NCBI GenBank assembly: GCA_951406725.2
Contig: OX597840.1
Location: forward strand, 19,530,001-19,594,000
Source: Octopus vulgaris
Lineage: Eukaryota
DNA: 64,000 nucleotides
Direction of reading: 5' to 3'
Made by a program: the position numbers and the translations under genes
In this document: piece by piece, positions 1-13,110 of the stretch
Position numbering within the stretch: the first letter of the stretch is position 1
Layout of the letters: the number at the start of each line of letters is the position of its first letter
The notes under the pieces: model-generated
The model's input: only the letters and a program-made list of their open reading frames with translations
The model's database searches: none
What the model was told of the DNA's origin: nothing

Positions 1-480
1 CTTCACCATCTCGTCTGGCAGCTTATTCCACGGATCCGCAACCCGGACGGAGAAAGCCCCTCTCCTTCGATTGAGATGAAATCGTCGCAGATAGAGCTTT
101 TCGGAATGACCCCGCAGCCGACGCTCTGGAGCAGGAGTGAAGAACAGCTCTTTCGAGAGGTTGCACTTTCCGCTTATGATGTTATGAGCAAGAATGAGAT
201 CACCACGGCGGCGGCGTTTTTCTAGAGAATAATGGTCGAGCGTCTTCAGCCTTTCTTCATAAGACAAATTCTTGAGACCAAGAACCATGCGGGTAGCCAG
301 CTTCTGGACTCTTTCGAGATGATGTATGTCTTTGAGGAGATAAGGAGAAGAGGCTTGAATCCCGTACTCCAATATGGGTCTCACCAGCGTGACGTAGAGC
401 GGTAGGAATATGGCTGCTGCGAGCAATCCGAATGACCGTCGAATCAAGAACAGAACTCCGCGTGCTTTGTTGGCAGCGTG
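1..480 (-). mobile_element. CR1-clade LINE ORF2 C-terminal fragment (5'-truncated, runs off window start)
   Basis: Minus strand reads open: HAANKARGVLFLIRRSFG..LYVTLVRPILEYGIQASSPYLLKDIHHLERVQKLATRMV..SYEERLKTL..LEKRRRRGDLI..RLRGHSEKL..RRGAFSVRVADPWNKLP, the typical CR1 post-RT motifs; near-identical to 39941-40130. Confidence 0.9.
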
Positions 481-509
481 ACTGCTGCTGCTGCTGCTAC
501 TACTACTAC

Positions 510-587
<78 letters not shown>

Positions 588-1022
588 CTACTGCTGCTGC
601 TGTTATTTACTGCTGCTTTACCCCACCCTGCTCTGTTCTGCTCTCTGCTCTACTACTACTACTGCTACTACCACCACTACTACTACTACTGCTGCTACTA
701 CTGCTGCTGCTACTACTACTACTACTACTACTACTGCTACTACCACCTACTCTGTTGCTGCTGCTACTGCTGCTGCTGCTACTACTGCTACTATTAATAC
801 TACTGCTACTATCACCACCACCACTACTACTACTACTACTGCTACTACTACTACTACTGCTACTGCTGCTGCTACTACTGCTGCTACTACTACTACTGCT
901 CTGCTACTACTACTACTACTACTATTACTACTACTACCACTACAATTACTACTACTACTACTACTACTACCACTACTACTACCATCACTACTACTACCAC
1001 TACTACTAATTCTACTACAACA
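481..1022. repeat. Compound (CTG/CTA/CCA)n trinucleotide microsatellite
   Basis: Direct reading of sequence. Confidence 0.95.
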
Positions 1023-1239
1023 ATAAAGGCATCAACAATACTGTCATGAGTACGACGACGACCACCACCATTAACGGACACCAGCACCCCTATTACGACA
1101 ACCCTACCACCGACAGCACCGCTACCATTGCCACCACCACCACCACCGCCCCCGCTCTTAAGAAATGAAAAAAAGGAGAAGAGCTTATTAGATTAGATAA
1201 AAGTAATCCTTGATACACTTAGCAACATTTCGACTCAAC

Positions 1240-2780
1240 AACCACCTCCACCACCACCGCAACAACAACAGCCACTGGCACCAATACCATCGCAAATGTC
1301 AACCACCACCACAACCACCACCATAGCCAATACCCTCACACACCACCACCACCACCACCACCACCACCACCATCATCACTAAGAGTTGTGACACTATGAC
1401 AACCACCGCGACAACAACAACAAGCAATCATAATGACTGTAACAGCTACTAGCACATATACACAACCATCAGCGTCACCACACCTACTAGCGCCAATACA
1501 ATACCTAACATTTCCAACACCAATACCACCACCACAACAGCCACTAGCACCAATACCATCGCAAATGTCACTACCACTACCACAACCACCACAGCCAATA
1601 CCCTCAAACACCACCACCACTACCACCACAACCATCATCATCGTTAAGAGTTGTGACACTATGACAACCACCGCAACTACAACAGCAACAACAACCAATC
1701 ATAATGATTGTTACAACTACTAGCACACACACACAACCATCAAAGCCACCACAGCTTACTAGCGCCAATACCATCACAAATGTCACCACCATCACCACCA
1801 TCACCACCACCACCGCCGCCGCCGCTGCTGCCATGACCACCGCCGCAAATAGCACAACTAATGCCGTAATTACCAGCATTACATTTAACTTCACCCCCCC
1901 CCCCACCACCACCACCACCGACACCACCACTACCACCACCGCCAATACCACTGCTGTTACTATCCCAATCATTGTCTTTACTATCACCATCAATATCACC
2001 ACCACCACCATCATCATCATCACTACCCTCGTCACCACAACCGATACTACCACCGCCACCACCACCACCACCACCACACCACCACCACCACCACAACCGT
2101 TACTACAACCACCATCACCACCATCACCACCACCACCACAACCACCACCACCACCACCACCACCACCACAACCGTTACTACAACCACCATCACCACCATC
2201 ACCACCACCACCACAACCACCACCACCACCACCACCACCATCAACATCACTACCCTCGTCACCACAACCGATACTACAACCGCCACCACCACCACCACCA
2301 CCACCACCACCATCATCACCACAACCGTTACTACCACCACCACCACCACCACCACAACCACCACCACCATCACCACTATCATCACTACCCTCATCACCAC
2401 AACCGATACTACAACCCACCACCACCACCACCACCACCACACCACCATCATCACCACAACCGTTACTACCACCACCACCACCACCACCACAACCACCACC
2501 ACCATCACCACTATCATCACTACCCTCATCACCACAACCGATACTACAACCGCCACCACCACCACCACCACAACCACCACCATCATCACCACAACCGTTA
2601 CTACCGCCACCACCACCACCACCACAACCACCACCACCATCACCACTATCATCACTACCCTCATCACCACAACCGATACTACAACCGTTACAACCACCAC
2701 CACCGCCACTACCACCACCACCATCATCATTACCACCGTCGTCGCCACCATGCCATCGCCATCATCATCATCATCAACCA
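1240..2780. repeat. (CCA/CAT)n low-complexity tract with higher-order duplicated units
   Basis: Recurring spacers accgatactac / accgttactac / cactaccctc, and a duplicated aagagttgtgacactatgacaaccaccgc (1381, 1646). Confidence 0.9.
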
Positions 2781-3191
2781 CAACATCTCCATGTTATCAC
2801 TGTCGCATGTTGTAAAGGGTGGGGGGGAGGAAGGGGGGGGGGGACAGCAACGAACCAACAAAAACAAAGAAAAAAAGAATTTAAAACAAAAAAGTTTTAG
2901 GAAAAAATATAAAATAAAATAAAATAAAAACACATGGACGCAGGTTGGGTGACGGGGGGGAGGGGGGGAGCTGGGAGTGGTGGTGGTAGTGGTGGTGAGG
3001 GGCGGGCGGAGGGAGGGAGGGAGTTGGGGGAGGAGGAGGAAAGCAAAATAGAAAAAAAATCTGCTTTCGGAGCGTGGGAATTGCTGTAATCGTTGTGGTA
3101 TCCCTGCTGAGGACGGGTACGGGTACGGGTGGATGGGTGTGCGTGTGTCGTTATCTACGTATGTATATGTATGTGTGTATATAAATGTGTT

Positions 3192-3257
<66 letters not shown>

Positions 3258-3690
3258 GAGGGACACATACATATAAGTATATACCTATGTATATATATGT
3301 GTATATATATATATGTATGTATATATATATATATGTATATATATGTGCATGGACATACTCAAATATGCACATACTTTAACTTACATACCCATACATACAT
3401 TTTCATACATGTATATGCTCATACGCACACATACGTACATGTGTATGCTTTTATATACATATATATGTATGTATGCATATATGTATATATGTTTATACAC
3501 ACACACATATATATACACACATATACGTATATATATATATATATACATACATACACATACGCATATGTCTTTATATATATATACACACACATATACATAC
3601 ATATATATATATATACATACACACATACGCATATATATAGGTGTGTTTATATATATATACACACACATATACATACATACATATATACAT

Positions 3691-3727
<37 letters not shown>

Positions 3728-3869
3728 CATACATACACACATACGCATAGATGTCTACATACAGGAACATGGATAGACACATACACGCATATATACGTAC
3801 ACATAGCTATACATACACACATTGACATACAAAAATACGCAGACATACACATATTCTTTTTGTTTTTGT

Positions 3870-4085
3870 TATTCTTTTACCTGTGTCAGTCATTTGGCTG
3901 CGGCCATGCTGGAGCAACGCCTCAAAAGTTTCTTTTTTCTCGAAGAAATCGACCCCAGGATTCATTCTTTGTAAGCCTAGTAATTATTTTATTGATCCCT
4001 TTTTGCCGAACCGCTTCTTACGGGGACGTAAACACACCAACACCGGTTGTCAAGCGGTTGAGGTGGGGGACAAACACAGACACAA
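3870..4085 (-). mobile_element. SINE family 1, 3' part only
   Basis: Matches cagtcatttg..gcggccatgctggagca..gccgaaccgct..ggggacaaacacagacac of full copies. Confidence 0.85.
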
Positions 4086-4319
4086 AGATTCCCTCCCTAC
4101 ACACACACACATATGCACACACATAAATACAAAACATAAAACAGGTGAGCAAGATCGGGGTGTCTGCACCCGGTCCTTAAAACTGCAAGAAATAACAGTC
4201 AAAGCTCGTTGCAATCTCTCAGTAATGTAGTTCCAGATACAATGTATCTGAATATAAGGCGTGATGGTCAAGCATGGAGTGCCTTCAACAATAGATGACA
4301 AACAACAATAGGAAATGGA

Positions 4320-4352
<33 letters not shown>

Positions 4353-4377
4353 TACAAACACATATGCATAAGCATGT

Positions 4378-4420
<43 letters not shown>

Positions 4421-4777
4421 TACACACATATATATGTATATATCTACACAGATTCAATTATACACTCACATACACAGCTTCACACACACATACTCTCACT
4501 CATGCACATGGTCACGCATACATACACATACACACACACACACACACGAACACACACACACATGGACACTAACATGTACACACACACAAACAAACTCTTA
4601 AACCACGTATTTAGCCAATACACACACACACACATTCTCGCATGGCTGTACACACACATCTAAGCTCATAACCACACGCACACATGCACACACACATACA
4701 TAACTATACACACATACATACAAACATTACACACATATATATGTACACACGCACACATACACATATGGATATGTATA

Positions 4778-4986
4778 CTCTTTTACTCTTTTACTTGTTT
4801 CAGTCATTTGACTGCGGCCATGCTGGAGCACCGCCTTTAGTCGAGCAATTCGACCCCGGGACTTATTCTTTGTAAGCCCAGTACTTATTCTATTGGTCTC
4901 TTTTGCCGAACCGCTAAGTAACGGGGACATAAACACACCAGCATCGGTTGTCAAGCAATGCTAGGGGGACAAACACAGACACACAA

Positions 4987-5017
<31 letters not shown>

Positions 5018-5190
5018 CATATATACGACGGGCTTCTTTCAGTTTCCGTGTACCAAATCCACTCACAAGGCATTGGTCGGCCCGGGGCTATAGCAGAAGA
5101 CACTTGCCCAAGATGCCACGCAGTGGGACTGAACCCGGAACCAGGTTGTTGGTAAGCAAGCTACTTACCACACAGCCACTCCTGCGCCTA
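4778..5190 (-). mobile_element. SINE family 1, full length (tRNA-derived head, CORE-like body, internal CA/TA microsatellite; resembles octopus OR-type SINEs)
   Basis: Reverse strand starts ggcgcaggagtggctgtgtggtaag (A box) ..ggttccgggttcagtccc (B box) ..cttgggcaagtgtctt (CORE-like) and ends in a gagtaaaa-repeat tail; more than 10 copies in window. Confidence 0.9.
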
Positions 5191-5238
5191 CAAACATGTA
5201 TGTATACAAACATATCTATACACACCGCCACATATGTG

Positions 5239-5275
<37 letters not shown>

Positions 5276-6160
5276 CTATACACACACACACACAACTATA
5301 CACACACACAACTATACACACATACACACACACAACTATACACACACACACACACAACTATACACACAACTATACACACATACATACACACAACTATACA
5401 CACACACAACTATACACACACACACACAACTATACACACACACAACTATACACACACAACTATACACACAACTATACACACACACACAACTATACACACA
5501 AACAGCTATACATGCACGTAACACACATACACACACACATATAACCACATATATACACAAGCATTTCCTCGCTCGTCCTCCGCCCCGTCCTTCCAGCAAA
5601 CCTCACCACTAATCTTCCTACTCAATCCCCACCCCTTTTTTTTTCTCATTACATTAATCCCTTCTTTCCTCTCCTTATTTCTACCTTTGTCACCCCACCC
5701 ACCCTCCACTGACACTCCCCACCCCACGCCGTACAATCCCCCCATTCGCCCTTCCATTCATGTCCCTTTAATACCCTAAGATTTTGTTTTTCATCCGCTA
5801 CAAGGTGGCTGGGGGTGCGGGGTGGGAGAGGAGGATGGCTAGGGGCGTTCTTGTTGTTGGGAAGAAGGATAGCAGCAGCAGCAGCTGTAGTAGTAGTAGT
5901 GGTGATGGTGGTGGTGGGGGTGGTGGTGATGGTGGTGGTAGTGGTGGTGGTGTTGGTTGTGGTGTTGGTGGTGGTGGTAGTGGTGGTGTTGGTGGTGGTG
6001 GTGGTAATGGTGGTGGTGGTGGTGGTGGTGCTGGTGGTGCCGGGAGTGTCTGCAGAGGTGTTGGCGGCGGCGGCGGCGGCGGTGGTGGTGGCGGTGGTGG
6101 TTGTTGTAGGGCTTGGAGAGGCGCAATACTTATGACAGGTCTGTCTACCTATCAATTTCG

Positions 6161-6196
<36 letters not shown>

Positions 6197-6528
6197 TTTT
6201 CTCTCCCCCTCTCTCTCTTTCCCTCTCTCCCTCTCTCCCTTTTTCCCCCTCTCCCTTTCTCTGTATCGACATGAAGAGCAGCTTCTCTTGGACGCGTGAT
6301 CGCAACATTCCACCACACTTCGAAGTCCATGCATTTCCAATCCAAGACTCGGAGGTTGCGACGAAATACATAATCAACCAAAGAGACAGTAAAGTTCTTG
6401 GAACTCCGTGATGCAACCGAAAATGTAGATTATGCCATATTTTTGCGGAAGCCATCAGCTTCCCCAAAACGGTATCAAGGTTCTACCCCACTATGCGACA
6501 CGACGTTGTCGCAAAAACAATATACAAC

Positions 6529-6724
6529 TGGGATGTACTCGCATAGCAAGTGACCTGATCTGAGATCGTGTGCTGAAACGAAAACAATTACAGTGTGGAA
6601 GGTGTTTGTAAGCCATTTAAGAAACACACAAAAACCGTTAGATTCACTTCAACATTTAAGTTTAATTTGTCAAAATATTTTCGTCACTTTAAGACCGCGA
6701 GCTGTTCACTGACAAAAATCCATG

Positions 6725-6795
<71 letters not shown>

Positions 6796-6915
6796 ATTGC
6801 AGCGTGGAAGGTGTTTATAAGCCATTTAAGAAACACACAAAAGCCGTTCGACATTTAAGTTTAATTTGTCAAAATATTTTCTTAAATGGCTTACAAACAC
6901 CTTCCACGCTACAAT
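6529..6915 (-). mobile_element. Short Penelope-like (pLTR-type) repeat, family B, with internal (TA)n, partial second copy and inverted tail
   Basis: 6530-6726 matches 32736-32935; 6796-6830 is inverted at 6881-6915; acaatatacaac duplicated at 6517-6528 and 6911-6922. Confidence 0.7.
6666..6716 (-). ncRNA. Putative minimal type I hammerhead ribozyme, G3-C8 core variant
   Basis: Minus strand: UUUGUCA GUGAACA g cUCGC ggucuuaaa GUGAc GAA AAUAUU U UGACAAA; 7-bp stem I, palindromic stem III. Confidence 0.6.
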
Positions 6916-7493
6916 ATACAACGCCACCCGGAAAAGAAAAAGATTGTCCTGGAATAAATATAGTAAAATCCCTCTGTTATTGAATGCGTACAGCACAAGG
7001 AATACTGTTGAAACATTCTCATCGAAACAGCTGTCAAGTGTAAGCATAACAAGCCGGACATTGTTATTTGGGACAACAAGGAAAAGTATGTACCGTCACG
7101 GAGAGCAGCTGCTCTGCGGATGCGGATTTCCCTTGGAAAATCAAAGAGAAAGAAGATAACTATGAACAACTGCTTCGAAGCCTTCAGCTCTTGTAATCAG
7201 ATTATAAATTCACATTTATTTCAATGATACTTGGTGCGCTTGGCTTTGTGAGTAAATAACTGACAATGTTGAGAAGTTAAGGGTTTCGGAAAGAGAGATC
7301 AACCAACTAACTTGCCCATTACAGTACAAAATGTAAGTGGAACAGTGAAAATATGCAAGACTTTTTCAAATTTAAAATGTGACGTTGTTTTCGTCATCAG
7401 CTCCTTCATCTGAGGAAGAATTCAAATAAAAACAGAATAAAACATATATACGCACACATACATACATATATACATACATACATATATACATAC

Positions 7494-7524
<31 letters not shown>

Positions 7525-7810
7525 CATAACACACTCATACATACATAACACACATACATGCATACATACATGCATACATACACACACACAAACACACACA
7601 TACATACATACATACATACATGCATGCATGCATGCATACATACATACATACATACATACATACATACATACATACATACATACATACATACATACATACA
7701 TTCATTCATACATACATACATACATACATACATACATACATTCATTGATACATACATACATACATGCATACATATATACACGCATACACATACATACATG
7801 CATACATGCA

Positions 7811-8114
7811 CAGTGGCGGACTGGCCAGGTTGCCAGCTTGCCCGATGGCAAGTGGTCCCCTGCGCCATTAGAATCCATAAATGGTGGCCCATATTAGTAT
7901 CTAAGGGACCCATCTCCTCAAGTCTGAGAATTTTTTTATTTTCCTGGAAGAAAGCATTATTTCAGCCTGGCTGTGTTTGTAGGCATTTCAAAAGAATACT
8001 TTTAACAATAAATAATTAAATAAATAAATAAATAATCAAATGATAGCATTGTAGTTGCGGGTGGGTCCCCTTAGTCTCCAGGCAACCAATATTTTTAGAC
8101 CCAGTCGACCATTG
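7811..8114. mobile_element. hAT-type MITE
   Basis: Imperfect TIRs cagtggcggactgg / ccagtcgaccattg; imperfect 8-bp flanks tacatgca / tacatacc. Confidence 0.65.
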
Positions 8115-8119
8115 TACAT

Positions 8120-8260
8120 ACCACCTTCTTCCTTTTCTTTAGATTTTCCTCTGTCTCCTGTTTCCGAAGAAGAGCTTTGCTCGAAACCTAAAACAACCAC
8201 TCTTTCCTTCTCTGAGCGTCTCTTATTAATACTTTGCATGTGCTACGTCCAAATAGTATC
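8120..8260 (+). mobile_element. Diverged relative of Penelope-like family A with decayed hammerhead
   Basis: gttt CCGAAGA a GAGC ttt GCTC GAAA ccta aaac at 8160-8194, followed by ctgagcgtc as in family A. Confidence 0.55.
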
Positions 8261-8581
8261 CATATTTACTATCGGTATCAATTATTCGTTCTATACCTGG
8301 GCATGTGTATGCAGGCACGCTATACACGTGTCTGTGGAGTGCTCAGCCACCTGCACGTTAATTTCTCGAGCAGGCTGTTCCATTGACCGGAGGACTGGAA
8401 CCCGCGTTGTCGTCGTAACCGACGGAGGATCAGTCGTATATACATATGCATACACAAAGTCACACTCACATACATACATACATACATACATACATACATA
8501 CAAACATCGGAATCCTACATAAGGACTTATAAACATTAACAAACCCCCTGCAGATATACAGTACTTTGTGTGTTTGTGTAT

Positions 8582-8639
<58 letters not shown>

Positions 8640-9399
8640 CACACAGAGACATATGCATAGGAACACATACAGACACACACACATACTGTTAATACATGTA
8701 CATAAATAAAGATTATAGCCACACCTTTATCTTTGTTAGTTAATTCTAGAGCTCTTAGCTTTTATCAGTAAAACTGTTTGATGTTTCGGGTTATTATTTA
8801 TTCGGTGTGAATTGTACGCATATACTGTACTGTGGTTGTATGTGCGGGTATATATATATATAAACACACACACACATACGTATATACAACTCATACAAAC
8901 ACACAACCGCGCGCGCACACACATATATACATATAACAAAACAGGAAATTCGAAAGTTTTGGTGTTATTCACCATTACATATGTTTCACTTGCTAATAGG
9001 AGTTACATGGAATATATATATATATGAAAGCGGAATAAAAAAGAAAGTTTAGTTTATCGTTTTATTATAACATGATAAACTGCATAATGTTTACGTGTGT
9101 TCCACCTCGAACACTTGTATGTTCTGAAGTTATCGTTTGGTAGATGGTTGTGTAATCATATTGAAACACCAAATCTTCAGAAGAAAATAGTAATTTAATC
9201 CATTGTTATTCACCATCTCATGTTGGAAGTACTGGCATTTCTATCTACATCTGGCAGTTGAAATTTATTGGGTAGAACCTTTTTATGTTATCCCCATGTA
9301 ATGTTGTTGGACGTTATTTCAACTAAAATATCGGTTTGATTGGTTAATATGTGGTACTTCTCCGCAGTGCAATGTTGACATTAATTTGCTCCGTTAAAC

Positions 9400-9550
9400 T
9401 GGGATTCTTTCAGTTTCCATCTGCCAAATTCACTCACAAGGCTTTGGTAGGTCCCAGGCTATAGCAGAAGACACTTGCCCAAGGTGCCACGCAGAGAGAC
9501 CGAACCAGAAATCATGTGGTTGGGAAACAAGCATCTTACCACACAGCCAA
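9400..9550 (-). mobile_element. SINE family 1 head fragment
   Basis: ttctttcagtttcc..cactcacaaggctttggt..cttaccacacagcca. Confidence 0.85.
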
Positions 9551-9810
9551 TCCAAATAAATAAGGATTAGAACAGATAAAACGGGAACTACGGCCGTTTC
9601 ATAACCAAGTGGTGCAACATTTTGCTATGCAAATCTCGTCGTCCGTATTTTACCAGTTTCCATTTCTTACATTTAATTCGCAGTTTTAAGAATTTTAGCT
9701 GCTAAACCGTCCGTTGTATGGTGACCGCCAGCGTATGGAAATTCCTTTTAATCTTAGTATGGTACGAAATTTGTAACTTAACGATGTTAATAAGTGTTTT
9801 TTAAATCGTG

Positions 9811-9940
9811 TACAGCCGTGGCTGTGTGGTAAGAAGCTTGCTTACCAACCACATGGTTCCGTGTTCAGTCCTACTATAGCCTCAGGCCGACCATAACCTT
9901 GTGAATGGATCTGGTAGACAGAAACTGAAGAAGGCCCGCC

Positions 9941-9942
<2 letters not shown>
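9811..9942 (+). mobile_element. SINE family 1 head fragment
   Basis: gtggctgtgtggtaagaagcttgcttaccaaccacatggttcc..gaaactgaagaaggcccgccg. Confidence 0.85.
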
Positions 9943-9995
<53 letters not shown>

Positions 9996-9999
<4 letters not shown>

Positions 10000-10207
10000 A
10001 TCCAAACAAGAAAGCACAAAAAAACACAACAACGCGAGGACGTGGAACAAATATAGTATTATTGGACGCTCAGGAAAGAAGGAAAGAAGCAGGGTTTAAC
10101 GTTTCGAGCGGAACTCTTCGTCAGAAACATAGGAAAAGGAAAGATCCAAAGAAGGGAAGACGGAGGAAAAAAAATCGCCAACGGTACACACGCGGTCACA
10201 TTTTGAA
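9996..10207 (-). mobile_element. Short Penelope-like repeat family A, abutting (TA)n
   Basis: About 210 bp gttaatccaaac..cgcggtcacattttgaa, also at 39565, 61309, 61655; contains a hammerhead motif. Confidence 0.75.
10094..10128 (-). ncRNA. Minimal type I hammerhead ribozyme, canonical core
   Basis: Minus strand: GUUU CUGACGA a GAGU ucc GCUC GAA ACGU U AAAC; palindromic ACGU stem III as in dimer-forming minimal hammerheads of Penelope-like elements. Confidence 0.75.
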
Positions 10208-10484
10208 TGACCGGAAGGAAATGGGTGAAGAAAAGTTCTTTCAAAGACAGGAGAGTGCAAGAGGAGGCATGTGTGTGTAAGTGTGGGTATGTGCGTGAGC
10301 GAAGGTCTGCGTGTGCGTGTGTGTGTATGTGTGTATGTGTGCAATGATAACACGTGTGTGTGTGTGTGGTTGTGGCTGTAAATCTCTGTGTTGTAGGGCT
10401 TAGTATTGTTTAAGGTCAAGGGAGAAGGAATTAGGAGTGGCTCTTGTGTCTAGTACAAAGTAAGATAGGGGTTATGTGCGTGTG

Positions 10485-10650
10485 TACGACGGGCTTCTTT
10501 CGATTTCCGTCTACCAAATCCACTCTCAAAACTCTGGTCGGCCCGAGGCTATAGTAGAATACACTTCCCAATGGTACCACGCAGTGGAACTGAACCCAGA
10601 CTATATGGCTGGTAAGCAAGCGTTTTGTCACACAGCCACTCCTGCGCCTG
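10485..10650 (-). mobile_element. SINE family 1 head
   Basis: cgacgggcttctttc..cacagccactcctgcgcctg. Confidence 0.85.
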
Positions 10651-11633
10651 TATATATATTTTATATGTGTGGGGGGGGGGAGCCGGGTGGGGTGCCGGGT
10701 GGGGTGTAAGGGGGGGGGGGGAGCAGGAAGATAAATAGATAGTCCCTGAACTTCATTGTATATTTGTTTGACATGTAAGACATAGTCGAGGTCATCCGGG
10801 GTCAATATGCAAATTATGTAAACATAGAGAGCCAGCCAGGCTCTAATATCGTTGACCTTATTAATAAACGGTGAAAATGTGTTGGTGGCTCCGAGGGTGG
10901 AGGCGTCGGGGGAGGGGAGGGGGGTGTTGCGATGGTGGCGTGGGGATGGGGGGATGTGGCGGGTAGCGGCACCAGCAGTGGTGGTGGTGGTAGTGGTGGT
11001 GGTGATGAGAGTAGTAATAGTAGTAGTAGTAGCAGTTGCAGTAGCAGTTATAGTCCTAGTACTTGGTGGTGGTGGTATCGGTGGTGGTAATGGTGGAGGG
11101 GGTGGTCGGGGGTCGTTGTCCTCGTTGCGACGGCATGGGGGGGGTCTTAGAATAATGGTGATGGCGTTGTTGTTGTTGTTGTTTTCGGTGGTGGTGGTGG
11201 TGGTGGTTCTGGTGTTAGTTGTACCGGTGGTAGAATTGGTAGTAGTAGTAGTAGGAGGAGGAATAGCAGCAGCACTAGTAGTAGTAGTAGTAGTAGTAGT
11301 AGTAATGGTAGTAATGGTAGTGGTGGTGGTGGTGGTGGTGGTGGTGGTGGTGGTATGGTGGTGGTGGCTGCCTGTCATGAGAAAGGAGGGGTAAACAGTG
11401 CTTTCTTCAACAATGTAGGTGTACAAGTGTGTGTGTGTGGGGGGGATGAAGGGTTAATGTTCGTGTTTGTGTTTACGAATGTGTGTGTATGTGTGTGTGT
11501 GTATGTGTGTGTGTGTGTGTGTGTGTATGTGTGTATGTGTGTGTGTGTGTGTATGAGCATATCTACATAATCTCTCATCCGCTCTCTTTCTCTTTTTCCT
11601 TTGCACACCCATGTATATATATATATATGTATT

Positions 11634-11666
<33 letters not shown>

Positions 11667-11705
11667 TTATACACACACACTCACACACAAACAATTACAT
11701 ACACA

Positions 11706-11753
<48 letters not shown>

Positions 11754-11764
11754 TACAAACATAT

Positions 11765-11807
<43 letters not shown>

Positions 11808-11956
11808 TGTCAGTGTCAGTGTGTGCATGCGCATATATATGTGTGTGTGTGTGTGCAATACGTAAGATATATAATCTGAGTTCACACGCATACACAAACT
11901 CTGTCTCTCTCTCTCTCTCGTTCTTCCTTTCTATCTCTCACTGTCTCTCTCTCTCC

Positions 11957-12001
<45 letters not shown>

Positions 12002-12494
12002 TCACACACACACGCACAACAGATATAGAATGCATTGTGAACAAAGGAGAAGACACACCACCACCACCACCCAACCACCACCACCACCACCACCACCCAA
12101 CCACCACCACCATCACCACCATTTAATACGCGCACACACACTGACATAACTATTTACAAATTGAGTTTGTTTCAGCTGTTTTATTTTGTTACGCGATAAT
12201 GGAGTGCGCGTAAGTAGGAGAGAGAGAGAGGGAGAGAGAGAGAGAGAGAGCGGAAGACAGAGGAGTGAGAAAGAGAGAGAGAGGGGTGAGAAGGGGAAGG
12301 GGAGAGATGGATGGCAATAAAAAGACGTTTAGGTTGGATAGAAACAGGTCTTGCATATAAACAAGCGGTAGCACCACCACCGCCACCACATTCGCCTACC
12401 ATTGTTACGTAACGAAGAGTCCAGGGGAACCTCGGAACGGGTCACTCGAACTGTCAGAAATAGCAGCCAAGTTGGCACGCATTCAACCTTGCTG

Positions 12495-12537
<43 letters not shown>

Positions 12538-12549
12538 AAGGACATGTTG

Positions 12550-12595
12550 GATACGTAAACACACCAGCATCGGTTGTCAAGCGATGTTGGGGGGA

Positions 12596-12649
<54 letters not shown>

Positions 12650-12930
12650 CATATACATATGTTCGACGGGCTTCTTTCAGTTTCCGTCTACCAAATCCAC
12701 TCACAAGGCTTTGGTCAGCCCGAGGCTATAGCAGAAGACACTTGCCCAAGATGCCACGCAGTGGGACTGAACCCGGAACCATGTGGTTGGTAAACAAGCT
12801 AGTTACCACACAGCCACATATAGATATGTTCGACGGGCTTCTTTCAGTTTCCATCTACCAAATCCACTCACAAGGCTTTGATCGGCCAGAGGCTATAGTA
12901 GAAGACACTTGCCCAAGATGCCACGCAGTG
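12550..12930 (-). mobile_element. SINE family 1 with tandem partial second head
   Basis: atgttcgacgggcttctttcag at about 12659 and 12826. Confidence 0.85.
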
Positions 12931-12961
<31 letters not shown>

Positions 12962-13110
12962 TACACACACACATACATACATATATGTGTGTATACACAC
13001 ACACACATGGTGCAAGGTGTATTTGAAGACATTTTTGGTAAATTACTAAAACATCTTCCGTCTTGGGAAAACCGAATGTATTTCAATAAACCTTTGTGCA
13101 CAAGTTTCTC

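Larger units (their letters stand above)
6261..7440 (+). mobile_element. Degenerate R4/Dong-like non-LTR retrotransposon 3' end (zinc knuckle + restriction-like endonuclease), interrupted at 6529-6910
   Basis: Translates HFEVHAFPIQDSEVATKY..KCRLC..RHDVVAKTIYN, then KCKHNKPDIVIWDNKEK..KIKEKEDNYEQLLRSLQLL..MILGALGFV..KICKTF; stops and frameshifts present. Confidence 0.8.

Noticed and set aside
4778-5190. tRNA-like A/B boxes as real tRNA genes
   Set aside because: They are SINE heads continuing into repeat bodies; no complete cloverleaf.
7378-7405. Minus-strand CUGAUGA c GAAA acaac GUC
   Set aside because: No stem II between the core boxes and no stem I; it lies at the R4-like stop codon/3' UTR.
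8965-9012. Minus-strand GAA ACAUAUGU A AUGG (hammerhead 3' half)
   Set aside because: No CUGANGA-type box found upstream; at best a truncated remnant.
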